64,000 nucleotides of DNA from the NCBI GenBank assembly GCA_964016885.1, contig OZ024743.1:104718001-104782000 (forward strand), written 5' to 3'. The DNA is from Eledone cirrhosa. Taxonomy: Eukaryota. The notes under the pieces were generated by a model that made no database searches, had not been told where the DNA came from, and saw only the letters and a program-made list of their open reading frames with translations. Positions 13,493 to 27,700 of this stretch are shown here, in pieces. Each line of letters begins with the position of its first letter. Within the stretch, counting starts at the first letter, position 1. Made by a program: the position numbers and the translations under genes.

Positions 13493-13610
13493 TGATAAGT
13501 GAGAGCGATAGGAGAATGTGAGAGACAGAGAGAGAGAAATAACTGAGAGCGACAGGAGAATGAGAGAGACAGAGATAGATAGAGAGAGAGATAAGTGAGA
13601 GTGACAGGAG

Positions 13611-13658
<48 letters not shown>

Positions 13659-13921
13659 AGAGAGAGAGAGAGAGAGGGAGTGAGTGAGAGAGAGAGAGAG
13701 AGAGAGAGTGAAAGCTGCGGAAGGAAGAAGTAAAAAAAAAAATGATAGCAAAGCGAGAATCTAGTTTTGACGTCTGTCAAATATGACAGAGTTCAAATTT
13801 GACAAGTTAGATTCAATCACGGCATTATTAATGTTACCCACATGATCGATTATTCTATCCCCCCCCCCACCCCCCCTTCACCTCAACTATGTCCTAAACA
13901 CGTTTATCAATGAACGGAAAG

Positions 13922-15640
<1,719 letters not shown>

Positions 15641-15869
15641 TAGGCCGTATAACTTAAAAGTCCATAAATGCATATAAGGCTTGAAAGTGCGCCTAAAACA
15701 CATACACATTGATATATATAGAAACATACATACCTGCCTACCTACCTATATACCGACATACATACACACGTAAATATATATAGACATGCGGCAGTAAGAT
15801 TTCTTATACATACATGCGCATTTATTCACATTCACAGAGATATGTACATAAAGACAGCCGAATGATATC

Positions 15870-16000
15870 TGACTATCTCTCTGTCTGTCTGTCTATCTAT
15901 CTGTCTATCTATCTGTCTATCTATCTATCTATCTGTCTGTCTATCTATCTATCTATCTGTCTGTCTGTCTATCTATCTATCTGTCTATCTATCTATCTAA

Positions 16001-16048
<48 letters not shown>
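15870..16048. repeat. (TCTA/TCTG)n microsatellite, left flank of the LINE
   Basis: Direct inspection; the tract resumes at ~19988. Confidence 0.95.
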
Positions 16049-19000
16049 GAGGACGTGGGTCCCCCCTGCGTCGGGCCCATTAACCGAGTCCTCCTAAAAA
16101 ACTATCCCACCCCCTCCCCAAACACCCTCACAACTCCAAGCTCCCCAACCACACAACACACTGATGCCCCCACACTTCCACAAACCACCACCCCACCCAA
16201 CAACCCATCCCCCACCCTAATGGAAATTGTGCAGCCCGATACCCGGGACGCAGAGAGGTAAGTGCCTTTTCTCTTCACCACCAACATGGCTATGCTAAGA
16301 GTAGGCTGTTTAAATGCGCGTGGCCTGGGCTCAACTTGGAAGCAAGCAATGCTTCTAAATGACCTCAGGTCACAACGTATAGATGTGATGGTTATTTGCG
16401 AGGCCCGGATCAGCAACGTGCGACAGCTGGCCCCCACCTTTGATGACTTTGAGATGCACGCATCTCTCTGTCAGCCTGGAGGTGGGGGTGGAGTTGTCGT
16501 TCTGCTGCAAAAACATCTGGGTCTCGCAACACAGATGGTACATTTGGACCCGGAGGGTCGACTAGTGGTTCTGGACCTTGGCAGTGGTAAAGGCGGAGCG
16601 TTTAGGTTGGTAGCCGCCTACGGCCCTTTCGGGTCAATGCGGCCGGACTTCTTCCATCGTCTGGAGACTTTTCTAGGGACGTCCCGCTCCTTGCTATTAG
16701 TGGGGGACTGGAATGGTATCCTAGATGCACGTTGGGACTACGTAGGGGCCTGCCCCGATAGAGAGGGGTGTAATAGCCTCAAAGGGTTAATCGGTCGATT
16801 TGACCTGGCCGATAGATATCGACTAGATTTTCCGACTGCGCCAACCTGGACTTGGGCAAATCGTAGCGGATCATCTAGGTCGTACCTAGATAGGTTCTTA
16901 GTTAGAATTAAGGATAAGGAATTTTTAAGTTGTCCAAAAATGCGCATTGTTGGCTATTCAGACCAAAAATTAGTGACCTGCATGGTCAACCTTGACAGAA
17001 CTCATAGACAGGGCCCCGGTTACTGGAAGCTCAACTTGTCCTTGCCGGCAAGTAGAGCCTACAGGAATCGGATTAGTACGTTAGTTAAGGAACGGTTGAC
17101 TGGAGCGATCGTCAACAGCAGGTGGTGGGTATCTCTAAAGAGAGAGATTAGAGTAGTCTCGATAGAATTTAGTAAGGTTCTAGCTGCGGATAGGAATAGG
17201 AAGGAAAGGGAGCTAATAGATAGAGTAGAAGAGGCAATTAAAAGCGGCGACGTGGCCAGAGTGCTAGCGTCGAGAACGGCTTTGAGCCAGTTTTTCGACG
17301 CGAAGCACGAAGGCTGCGTTGTCCGAAGTAAAATACGTGCTCTAGGGAACGAGGGGACCAAAGCTGTTAGCTGGGCCCGCGTGACAGAGGCCAACAGTGG
17401 AACTAAATCCACCATCCGGTCTTTGCGAGACCTGGATGGACGGGCGATTCTTGAGCCTAAGCAGATGTGTGAGGCCTTTCAAAGGCACTTTGCCCGACTG
17501 TTCGGGAGGGGCGGGGAGCCGGTTGGGAACGTGGACTTCGGTCCATACCTCGACGGCCTGCCGCGCCTCTCGGACAGGGAGGCGAAGTCCTGCGAGGAGC
17601 CGATTTCGGCCGCTGAGATAGAGGACGTGCTGAGCCAATGCGGCAAACGCAAATCCCCGGGTCTCGATGGTCTTCCTTACGAATTATATCTAGCTATGCC
17701 GGACTTGTTCCCCGATCTCCTCGAGGCGGTCTACTGCAACTGGCAACAGAACGGGAGAATTCCCTGTACTGTGACCAAGGGCGTAGTCACGCTAGTGAGG
17801 AAGGACGAGAACAAGGGGGACGAAATAAGTAACTTCAGGCCCATAACACTGCTAAATACAGAGTTACAGATTTTGGCCAAGGTGCTAGCAAAGAGGTTGG
17901 CGCTTGTCGTGGGCAACCTGGTGGGAGATGCGCAGACATGCGCTATCCCGTCCAGGTCCATCCATGACAACCTCCACCTCATGCGATACATCATAGAGAG
18001 GGTTGGGAACGAACCCGGCTTTGGTGGGGCTCTGATCAACTTGGATCAATCTAAGGCGTTCGATAGGGTCGACCATGGTTACCTGGATGCGGTGCTAGCG
18101 GCGGCAGGCTTCGGACCCGTTTTCAGGGGCTGGATCACTGCTATGCACAGCAGCCGCATCTGCTCTAGGGTCAAGGTGAACGGCTACCTCTCGGAGCCGT
18201 TCAAAATCGCGCGGTCCATCCGACAAGGGTGCCCTCTCTCCTCCCTTCTGTATGTATTGACTCTCGAGCCACTACTGCGGAAGTTGGAGTTGTTGCAGGG
18301 CATCCCTTTGGAACCGGGATTGCGGAAAGCGGTGTCGGCCTACGCCGATGACGTGACAGTAATGGTGTCGACGGCCTCCGAAATCGAGGCGGTCGGCACC
18401 TTACTGGAGGAGTACGAAAAGTTCACAGGGGCTAAGCTGAACCGGGACAAGTCGATCGGTTTGCAACTCGGCACGTGGAGGGGCAGACCGATGCCCTCCG
18501 ATAGCGTCGTCGGACGCTGGACGGAGGGCCCGGTGAAGTTGCTCGGGGTCTGGTTCGGACCGGACCTCCAGGTGGAGAAAAACTGGGCGGAGGTTACGAA
18601 CAGAGTGTTTGCACTGACCCAGAAGTGGGCCAGTTGCAAACTATCCCTGAAAGGTCGGGCGGAGGTGGCGAACACCTACATAGCGTCCGTCATCTACTAC
18701 CGCCTGACCGTAGTGCCCTGCCCAAGGGAAACCCTCACCAAGATGGAGCGCGCGCTCTTCCAATTCCTTTGGAAGAGGCGGGCTCCTATGGTGAGGAGAT
18801 CCATCTGCTGTCAACACCCTTCGAAAGGAGGGCTGGGGATGCCGTGGCTAATGATGCGTAAACACGCATTAAGGCTACGGCACCTCTACGTATTCCTCAC
18901 CGGACAACCGGTGTGGGCCTCGTTTGTGAGACGAACCTTTCCCAGACTCGTCTCACTCACCGAGCTGCAATCCTGGGTCAAGCAAAGACCGAGAAAACTG

Positions 19001-19987
19001 GGCGCCTGGCACACTGAGTGTGCCCAGGCGCTCACCGCCCTCTGGCAGGCGGATCCGGTTATCAGTGGAGACTCCACCGCAACATTCTATAGAGGGCTGG
19101 TACGCAGCAGGTGCGACGACGCCCTCGGAGAAGCCCTAGACATGGAGGAGGACGAACTGGCCAGCCTTTTCGGTAGGACATTTAGCCCGGGACCTATGGA
19201 CAACTTCCAGAAGTCCCTGGCCTGGCAGTGCTACCGAGGGGCTTTACCCGTTCGAGAAAGGCTCTACAGACACGGGCGCCCGGGTAGGGACCCCGCCAAA
19301 AAGATCTGTCCCAGATGCGTGTGCGACGAGGAAACCGTTGCACACGCATTAGTACACTGCTCGGGCGTAGCCGATCTGTGGGGCTATGTCGAACAACTGC
19401 TGTCAAGGGTGGGACCGATCCGGTTGACCACCGAGTCTATTGTAATGATCAAGCCGCCCCCCCCCTTCAAAGATGAAGCAGAGGCGGTGTTTCTGTGCGT
19501 AATAGCCATGGCGAAAGAGGTTGTATGGTGGACGCGTCTGAAAGGACTGAGGTCGGGCACCTTTCTCTCTGGCCAACAACTGGTCCGTTTCTTCCGATAT
19601 CATTTCGGAAGAAGGATCAGGATGGAGAGAGAGGTGCTGCACCCCAGCCGTTTCTATGAAAGATGGGTGAAAGTGGCGAGAATGGCCCGTGTGAATGGGC
19701 CTTCACTCTACATCAGACTATAGGTGAGGAAGATGAAAGACCAAGGGAGCACCCCTTCTCTGTGCTCCTGAGGAGAAGGGTTGCACACTTTTTTCGGGGG
19801 TGTGTGCGACCCCCCAAGGCGCCTCCTCTCTATTGAGGATTTTGTTAAAAATTTTATTTTTTGTTATATCTTATTTTATTTTTATATTTTGTTATTGCCT
19901 TCTCCTTATTGAGGACGCCTTTTTGTGTAAACTCCCCCCTTTGTACTTGTCCCACTTTTGATGCCCTAGTGGCAAATAAAAGAAATA
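16049..19987 (+). mobile_element. Tx1/L1-clade non-LTR retrotransposon, probably 5'-truncated, inserted in (TATC)n
   Basis: Short Pro/Thr-rich ORF (possible ORF1 end) then an APE-RT-CCHC ORF2, 3' UTR with AATAAA at ~19975, then (TATC)n. Confidence 0.93.
16286..19723 (+). CDS. LINE ORF2: apurinic-like endonuclease, reverse transcriptase and CCHC zinc knuckle
   Basis: LNARGL, VGDWN, SYLDRF, SDQ (normally SDH), KSPGLDG, FRPITLLN, KAFDRV, QGCPLS, YADD at 18341, CPRC..EETVAHALVHC; no stops; first ATG at 16286. Confidence 0.95.
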   Translation: MAMLRVGCLNARGLGSTWKQAMLLNDLRSQRIDVMVICEARISNVRQLAPTFDDFEMHASLCQPGGGGGVVVLLQKHLGLATQMVHLDPEGRLVVLDLGSGKGGAFRLVAAYGPFGSMRPDFFHRLETFLGTSRSLLLVGDWNGILDARWDYVGACPDREGCNSLKGLIGRFDLADRYRLDFPTAPTWTWANRSGSSRSYLDRFLVRIKDKEFLSCPKMRIVGYSDQKLVTCMVNLDRTHRQGPGYWKLNLSLPASRAYRNRISTLVKERLTGAIVNSRWWVSLKREIRVVSIEFSKVLAADRNRKERELIDRVEEAIKSGDVARVLASRTALSQFFDAKHEGCVVRSKIRALGNEGTKAVSWARVTEANSGTKSTIRSLRDLDGRAILEPKQMCEAFQRHFARLFGRGGEPVGNVDFGPYLDGLPRLSDREAKSCEEPISAAEIEDVLSQCGKRKSPGLDGLPYELYLAMPDLFPDLLEAVYCNWQQNGRIPCTVTKGVVTLVRKDENKGDEISNFRPITLLNTELQILAKVLAKRLALVVGNLVGDAQTCAIPSRSIHDNLHLMRYIIERVGNEPGFGGALINLDQSKAFDRVDHGYLDAVLAAAGFGPVFRGWITAMHSSRICSRVKVNGYLSEPFKIARSIRQGCPLSSLLYVLTLEPLLRKLELLQGIPLEPGLRKAVSAYADDVTVMVSTASEIEAVGTLLEEYEKFTGAKLNRDKSIGLQLGTWRGRPMPSDSVVGRWTEGPVKLLGVWFGPDLQVEKNWAEVTNRVFALTQKWASCKLSLKGRAEVANTYIASVIYYRLTVVPCPRETLTKMERALFQFLWKRRAPMVRRSICCQHPSKGGLGMPWLMMRKHALRLRHLYVFLTGQPVWASFVRRTFPRLVSLTELQSWVKQRPRKLGAWHTECAQALTALWQADPVISGDSTATFYRGLVRSRCDDALGEALDMEEDELASLFGRTFSPGPMDNFQKSLAWQCYRGALPVRERLYRHGRPGRDPAKKICPRCVCDEETVAHALVHCSGVADLWGYVEQLLSRVGPIRLTTESIVMIKPPPPFKDEAEAVFLCVIAMAKEVVWWTRLKGLRSGTFLSGQQLVRFFRYHFGRRIRMEREVLHPSRFYERWVKVARMARVNGPSLYIRL

Positions 19988-20024
<37 letters not shown>

Positions 20025-20082
20025 CTAATCACATGGGATTATAAGGAAAGTATGTGCATATTATGAATCAATAAGAAGTGAC

Positions 20083-20202
<120 letters not shown>

Positions 20203-20210
20203 GTATATAT

Positions 20211-20241
<31 letters not shown>

Positions 20242-20278
20242 TACGCATGTACGCACGAATACACACACATACACGCAT

Positions 20279-20368
<90 letters not shown>

Positions 20369-20853
20369 TATATAGTTATATATATATATATTTATATATA
20401 AAGAAAGAGAGGCATGAATATATTAATATACAGTATACGTATACTACGCACCCCACAAAGAAAATTGTAATAAACCAAAAATATTATACTAAACGGAAGG
20501 AAAAAAAATCAAAACACGTTTTCAAGAGAGAAAATTTAACCATATTTCAGGTATAGTGACAGCAACCAATTGATAGAATATTGATTTTTATTTCCTTCGC
20601 TCAAGTCGAAATTTTGTATGGTTAGGGGTTGCATATTATTAGCGATACTTAAGTGCTCCAGCTCGGAAGTACAAAAAATGAGTTAAGCCATCTTTTTCGC
20701 AACTTGACAAGGAAATTATACAAATTATGTATATACACACACACACGCACACATACACACACACGCACACATACACACACGTACACACACACACACACAC
20801 ACATACACAAAGACACATACACACACAGACACAGACACACACAAAGACACACA

Positions 20854-20903
<50 letters not shown>

Positions 20904-21059
20904 GACATATACACACACAGACACAGACACACACACACAAAGACAGACAGACACACACACATACATACACACACACACACATACACAGACACACACACAT
21001 ATACACACATACACACGCAGACACGCACACACACATATACAGAAATTTTGCCTGACACA

Positions 21060-22020
21060 TCTTGACGACCTCGAAGTACGACAAGTCCTTGCTCAGCGAC
21101 GTTCAGACATTTGATAGGATATTAGAATCTGAACGAACCTCTGGCGTTATGATAGAATAGTAGAATTTAGATAAAACACCGTATAGATGTGCAATAGAGC
21201 ATGAGAAACCGCGGCACTACGATGGATCCTTTCGGTCTCCACCCACTGTCATGCCGTACAGTGCTGCTCACCTCCCACGCCAGTATCTCTCAACCAGGTC
21301 ATTAAACATGGCCTGGACGGTATAAGCTTCCCTTCCTATCTCGAGCCAGCGGAGTTTGACGGAGAGGACGACAAAAGGCTAGACGGTATGACAATTTTTC
21401 CCGTTCAACAGGCGTAGGCCCCTGATTTGGGATGCTACATGCTGTGATACCTTCTCTAGAGGCGACCTGGTGCGTTCGGCTACCAACCTAGGTTCTGCTG
21501 CCCGCCAGACCGAAGAGGGAAAACTGTCCAAGTGTCGGCCGCTCTTTGATAGGTTTGTAATTGAGTCTGTGGCAGTTGACACTTCCGGTGTTCATGATCC
21601 CCCGGACCACACCCCTGCTCACTGCTATCTGAGTGGAGTTAGCTACCTGCAGTTGCGAGCCCCGTGAAGTGGCGTGGCTGTTCCAGCGCATCTCCGTCGC
21701 CGTCCTCCTGAGTAGTGTATTCTCCATCCTGTCGGTCGGGACCATGAGGCGGAGGGTAAGTTAGTTGGAAGTGGAGGATTCTTGTTTGGACGCCACATAT
21801 AAACACACATACTCAACTTCTTGCTTTTTACTCTTTTCTTTCCTAATAAATTAGAAACTTAAAAACATACAGACGATAAAATATTCGAATCTTAACAACA
21901 TGCAGACGTACAATAGAATATTGGAATGTAGCAACGTTCAGACGTATGATTGAAGATTAGAACCATGACAAAGTACGGATGTACGGTGAAGTATTAGAAA
22001 CGTAACGTTCAGACGATATC
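21060..22020. repeat. Degenerate ~38 bp minisatellite flanking a retroelement fragment
   Basis: AACGTTCAGACG...ATAGAATATTAGAA-like units at 21090-21205 and 21850-22020. Confidence 0.55.
21210..21850 (+). pseudogene. CRE-like (RLE-type) non-LTR retrotransposon 3' fragment
   Basis: Frameshifted translation LNQVIK..PSYLEP...DDKRLDGMTIFP..LIWDATCCDT..GSAARQTEEGKLSK..VAVDTSG..WLFQRISVAV fits the restriction-like endonuclease C-terminus; AATAAA near 21845. Confidence 0.7.
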
Positions 22021-22143
22021 CCACTGGTTCCTAAACTTATCACCATGAAGGACCGACCCCCTATTTACGCGAATCTTCCAACGGACAATTACTTTCCTCT
22101 TATCCGGAGAAAATAACAACTGAAACAGAGAAATGGTTATATT

Positions 22144-22175
<32 letters not shown>

Positions 22176-22176
22176 C

Positions 22177-22390
22177 CGATCGACTTTCGTCAAATCGGAC
22201 CGAGGAAACAATGTTTCCGTTGGTCTTTCCAATTGCTAATACTCTCTATCGGTCGCAACTCCAGGTAGAAGGAGCAACGTGAAATAAAGTGTCTTGCTCA
22301 AGGTCATAACGCATCGCCCAATCCGGGAATCGAACTTGCAACCTCACGATTGCGAATCCAATTCTTTTACCACTCAGCCACGTGCCTTCA
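22177..22390 (-). mobile_element. CORE-like SINE composite, paralog of 8557-8773
   Basis: Shares GATCGACTTTCGTCAAAT...GGAGCAACGTGAAATAAAGTGTCTTGCTCAAGG. Confidence 0.75.
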
Positions 22391-22649
22391 CTTAGAGAAG
22401 AATGGATACCAAATAGAGTGTTTATATTATGTATTTTTAACAAAGTACTTGAAATTGTTATACAGTGAGAATAGTAAATATCGAATGAGAGAAATGTTAA
22501 TAGACAGAGAAGAATTGATAGCCAATAGTGTGTGTATATTTTATTATAGTTTATTTTAATAACGTATTGGTAATTGTTATACAGTGTGAATAACAATCCA
22601 AAGAAAGAATTATTTGTCTGAAACACTCATCGTTGGAATTGACAGACAT

Positions 22650-22828
22650 CCAACAACAACAACAACGACGACAACAACGACAACAACAGCAGCAGCAAAA
22701 ACAACATCGACAACAACGATGACGATGACGACAGCAACAACAACAACAACAACAACAACAGCAGCAACAAAACCAACAACATCAACGACGACAACAACAA
22801 CAACAACAACGACGACGACGACAACAAC

Positions 22829-22862
<34 letters not shown>

Positions 22863-23190
22863 ACAACGACGACGACGACAGCAGCAGCAGCAGCAGCAAC
22901 AAACAACAGCAACAGCAACAACTACAACAACAATAACAACGATGACGACGACGACGACAACAACAATGACGACAACAACAACGACAACAACAACAACAAC
23001 AACAACGACGACGACGACGGCAGCAGTAGCAGCAGCAGCAGCAGCAGCAGCAACAAACAACAACAACAGCAACAAAAACAACAACAACTACAACAACAAT
23101 AACAACGATGACGACGACGACAACAACAACAACAACGACGAAAACAACAACAACAACAGCAACAACATGAACAACAACAACAACAATGAA
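22650..23190. repeat. (CAA/CGA/CAG)n triplet repeat
   Basis: Direct inspection. Confidence 0.95.
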
Positions 23191-23329
23191 TGTAACATAA
23201 TGGTAATGGTTATTTTATTTTTTTTGTATAGTTCCATGTGATCTTTGGTGAAACTTCTAGACGTAATAAATATTGTATCTTGGCTGAAGAACCCTACAAC
23301 CCACCCAGACATGTTGTGCTTTATGTGTT

Positions 23330-23544
23330 GGACCTTCGCCTGTTTCGACGACGAGTGTTCCAGTTGTTTGAAAAATAGAATAGCCTGCTCGTACAGATTA
23401 ACATTCAAGTATCTGAGTATCTCACAGACACATGAACCCTTAACGAATTTCTCAGGGAGATTCGGCGCAACACAGTGTAAGACAAGACAGGTACGGCTAT
23501 TTTTCCCCAATTATGTTTACTGGAGCAAGGTGAAATAGAGTGTC
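23330..23544 (-). mobile_element. CORE-like SINE 3' portion
   Basis: Reverse complement of the 61040-61225 SINE body. Confidence 0.7.
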
Positions 23545-23660
23545 GTTACATCTTTGTGAAGTATTCTAACACTTTTGTTGATTTCTCTTTTTTTTTTTTA
23601 CGTTCTTTCATATAAAAAAATGAACGACTATTTGAAGATAACTGTAAACATCCAACATCA

Positions 23661-24500
23661 GCAGTATCGGTAGAGAGTCGGACACCATGCTTGGAAGCAT
23701 AGAGTTACGTCCCTTTATGATCTGAGTTCAAATCCCGCCGAGGTTAACTTTGCCTTTCATCCTTACGGGGTAGATAAAATAAAGTACCAGTAATGCACTG
23801 GGTAATTGCTGGCCTTGTGCCAAAAGTAGAAACAATTATTTCTGGTGTATTGGCAGTATCGGTATTGCGTCAGACACCATGCTTTGCAGGTCGATAAAAT
23901 AAAACACGTACTGGGCTCGATTTAATGGACTTTGCCCTACACCAAAATGACTGGCCTTGTGCCTATACTAGAAATCATTATTTTTTCTATGATCTGACTT
24001 CAAATCCCGCCGAGGTTAACTTTGCCTTTCATCCTTACGGGGTAGATAAAATAAAGTACCAGTAATGCACTGGGTTATTGCTGGCCTTGTGCCTAAAGTA
24101 GAAACAATTATTTTTTCAGTATCGGTAGAGGATCGGACGCCATGCTTTGCAGCAAAGAGTTACGGCCCTTTATGGTCTGATTTCAAATTCCGTCGAGGTT
24201 AACTTTGCCTTTCATCCTTACGGGGTCGATAAAATAAAGTACCAGTAATATACTGAATAATTGCTGGCCATGTGCCAAAAGTAGAAACAATTACTTCTTC
24301 TCTGGTGGATTGGCAGTATCGGTAGAGGTGTCACACACCATGCTTTTCAGTATAGAGTTATAGCCCTTTACGTTCTGCGTTCAAATCCCGCCGAGGTTAA
24401 CTTTGCCTTTTATCCTTACGGAGTCGATAAAATAAAGCACCAGTAATGCACTGGGGGTAATTGTTGGCCTTGAGCCAAAAAGTAGAAACAATTATTTTTT
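23661..24500 (+). mobile_element. Head-to-tail array of five Meta-domain-like SINE copies
   Basis: Units start at ~23661, 23843, 23988, 24117 and 24303, each ending in GGCC(T/A)TG...AGAAA.NATTA. Confidence 0.9.
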
Positions 24501-24719
24501 CCCTGTTACTGCTTTCCATACTTAACGTGGCTGTCGTTGTGGATGTCGTAGTTGTTGTTTAGCCACAACGAGCTACCGCGAATCGAACAGACGATCTTAG
24601 GATCGTGAGTGAAGCACCCTAAACACTAAGCCACACAGATATTTGATGTTTGGTTGTGTTGGTTGTAACATAGTTATGAAAGGAGATATTAGCAGTTTAC
24701 AGTGATGTTGATGGTAATA

Positions 24720-27700
24720 GTGGTTGTGGTGATGGTGTGGTGGTGATGGTGGTAGTAGTGATGGTGGTGTTGGTGGTGATGGAGATGGTGTTGGTGCTGG
24801 TGGTGATGGTAGTGGTGAGGATGGTAGTAGTGATGGTGGTAGTGGTGATCGAGATGGTGGTGGTAGTGATGGTGGTAGCGGTGGTGGTAGCGGTGGTGGT
24901 AGTGCTGATCGAGATGGTGTTGGTGGTGATGGTGGTAGTGGTGGTGGTAGTGGTGATCGAGATGGTGTTGGTGGTGATGGTGGTAGCGGTGGTGGTAGTG
25001 GTGATCGAGATGGTGTTGGTGGTGATGGTGGTAGTGGTGGTGGTAGTGGTGATCGAGATGGTGTTGGTGGTGATGGTGGTAGCGGTGGTGGTAGTGGTGA
25101 TCGAGATGGTGTTGGTAGTGATGGTGGTAGTGGTGGTGGTAGTGGTGATCGAGATGGTGTTGGTAGTGATGGTGGTAGCGGTGATGGTAGTGGTGATCGA
25201 GATGGTGTTGGTAGCGGTGGTGGTAGCGGTGGTGGTAGTGGTGGTGGTAGTGGTGATGGTAGCGGTGGTGGTAGTGGTGGTGGTAGTGGTGATCAAGATG
25301 GTGTTGGTGGTGATGGTGGTAGCGGTGGTGGTAGTGGTGGTGGTAGTGGTGATCGAGATGGTGTTGGTGGTGATGGTGATAGCGGTGGTGGTAGTGGTGA
25401 TCGAGATGGTGGTGGTGGTGATGGTGGTAGCGGTGGTGGTAGTGGTGGTGGTAGTGGTGATCGAGATGGTGTTGGTGGTGATGGTGGTAGCGGTGGTGGT
25501 AGTGGTGATCGAGATGGTGGTGGTGGTGATGGTGGTAGCGGTGGTGGTAGTGGTGGTGGTAGTGGTGATCGAGATGGTGTTGGTGGTGATGGTGGTAGCG
25601 GTGGTGGTAGTGGTGGTGGTAGTGGTGATCGAGATGGTGTTGGTGGTGATGGTGGTAGCGGTGGTGGTAGTGGTGATCGAGATGGTGGTGGTGGTGATGG
25701 TGGTAGCGGTGGTGGTAGTGGTGGTGGTAGTGGTGATCGAGATGGTGTTGGTGGTGATGGTGGTAGCGGTGGTGGTAGTGGTGATCGAGATGGTGGTGGT
25801 GGTGATGGTGGTAGCGGTGGTGGTAGTGGTGATCGAGATGGTGGTGGTGGTGATGGTGGTAGCGGTGGTGGTAGTGGTGGTGGTAGTGGTGATCGAGATG
25901 GTGTTGGTGGTGATGGTGGTAGCGGTGGTGGTAGTGGTGGTGGTAGTGGTGATCGAGATGGTGTTGGTAGTGATGGTGGTAGCGGTGGTGGTAGTGGTGA
26001 TCGAGATGGTGGTGGTAGTGATGGTGGTAGTGGTGGTGGTAGTGGTGATCGAGATGGTGTTGGTGGTGATGGTGGTAGCGGTGGTGGTAGTGGTGATCGA
26101 GATGGTGGTGGTAGTGATGGTGGTAGCGGTGGTGGTAGTGGTGATCGAGATGGTGTTGGTGGTGATGGTGGTAGCGGTGGTGGTAGTGGTGATCGAGATG
26201 GTGTTGGTAGTGGTGGTGGTAGCGGTGGTGGTAGTGGTGATCGAGATGGTGTTGGTGGTGATGGTGGTAGCGGTGGTGGTAGTGGTGATCGAGATGGTGT
26301 TGGTGGTGATGGTGGTAGCGGTGGTGGTAGCGGTGGTGGTAGTGGTGATCGAGATGGTGTTGGTAGTGATGGTGGTAGCGGTGGTGGTAGTGGTGATCGA
26401 GATGGTGGTGGTAGTGGTGGTGGTAGTGGTGGTGGTAGTGGTGATCGAGATGGTGGTGGTAGTGATGGTGGTAGTGGTGGTGGTAGTGGTGGTGGTAGTG
26501 GTGATCGAGATGGTGGTGGTAGTGATGGTGGTAGCGGTGATGGTAGTGGTGATCGAGATGGTGTTGGTAGTGATGGTGGTAGCGGTGGTGGTAGTGGTGG
26601 TGGTGGCAGTAGTGATGGTGGTAGCGGTGGTGGCAGTAGTGATGGTGGTAGCGGTGGTGGTAGTGGTGGTGGTAGTGGTGATCGAGATGGTGTTGGTGGT
26701 GATGGTGGTAGCGGTGGTGGTAGTGGTGGTGGTAGTGGTGATCGAGATGGTGTTGGTGGTGATGGTGGTAGCGGTGGTGGTAGTGGTGATCGAGATGGTG
26801 TTGGTGGTGATGGTGGTAGTGGTGGTGGTAGTGGTGATCGAGATGGTGTTGGTGGTGATGGTGGTAGCGGTGGTGGTAGTGGTGATCGAGATGGTGTTGG
26901 TAGTGATGGTGGTAGTGGTGGTGGTAGTGGTGATCGAGATGGTGTTGGTAGTGATGGTGGTAGCGGTGATGGTAGTGGTGGTGGTAGTGGTGATGGTAGC
27001 GGTGGTGGTAGTGGTGATCGAGATGGTGGTGGTGGTGATGGTGGTAGCGGTGGTGGTAGTGGTGGTGGTAGTGGTGATCGAGATGGTGTTGGTGGTGATG
27101 GTGGTAGCGGTGGTGGTAGTGGTGGTGGTAGTGGTGATCGAGATGGTGTTGGTAGTGATGGTGGTAGCGGTGGTGGTAGTGGTGATCGAGATGGTGGTGG
27201 TGGTGATGGTGGTAGCGGTGGTGGTAGTGGTGGTGGTAGTGGTGATCGAGATGGTGGTGGTAGTGATGGTGGTAGCGGTGGTGGTAGTGGTGATCGAGAT
27301 GGTGGTGGTAGTGATGGTGGTAGTGGTGATCGAGATGGTGGTGGTAGTGATGGTGGTAGTGGTGGTGGTAGTGGTGATCGAGATGGTGGTGGTAGTGATG
27401 GTGGTAGCGGTGGTGGTAGTGGTGATCGAGATGGTGTTGGTAGTGGTGGTGGTAGCGGTGGTGGTAGTGGTGATCGAGATGGTGGTGGTAGTGATGGTGG
27501 TAGTGGTGGTGGTAGTGGTGATCGAGATGGTGTTGGTGGTGATGGTGGTAGCGGTGGTGGTAGCGGTGGTGGTAGTGGTGATCGAGATGGTGGTGGTAGT
27601 GATGGTGGTAGCGGTGGTGGTAGTGGTGATCGAGATGGTGTTGGTGGTGATGGTGGTAGCGGTGGTGGTAGTGGTGATCGAGATGGTGTTGGTAGTGGTG

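Noticed and set aside
16738-19642. Antisense and alternate-frame ORFs within the LINE
   Set aside because: Shadow ORFs of a GC-rich coding sequence.
23661-24500. CRISPR-like or tRNA gene array
   Set aside because: Units are SINEs with degenerate tRNA heads; no cloverleaf, no repeat-spacer structure, and a eukaryotic context.
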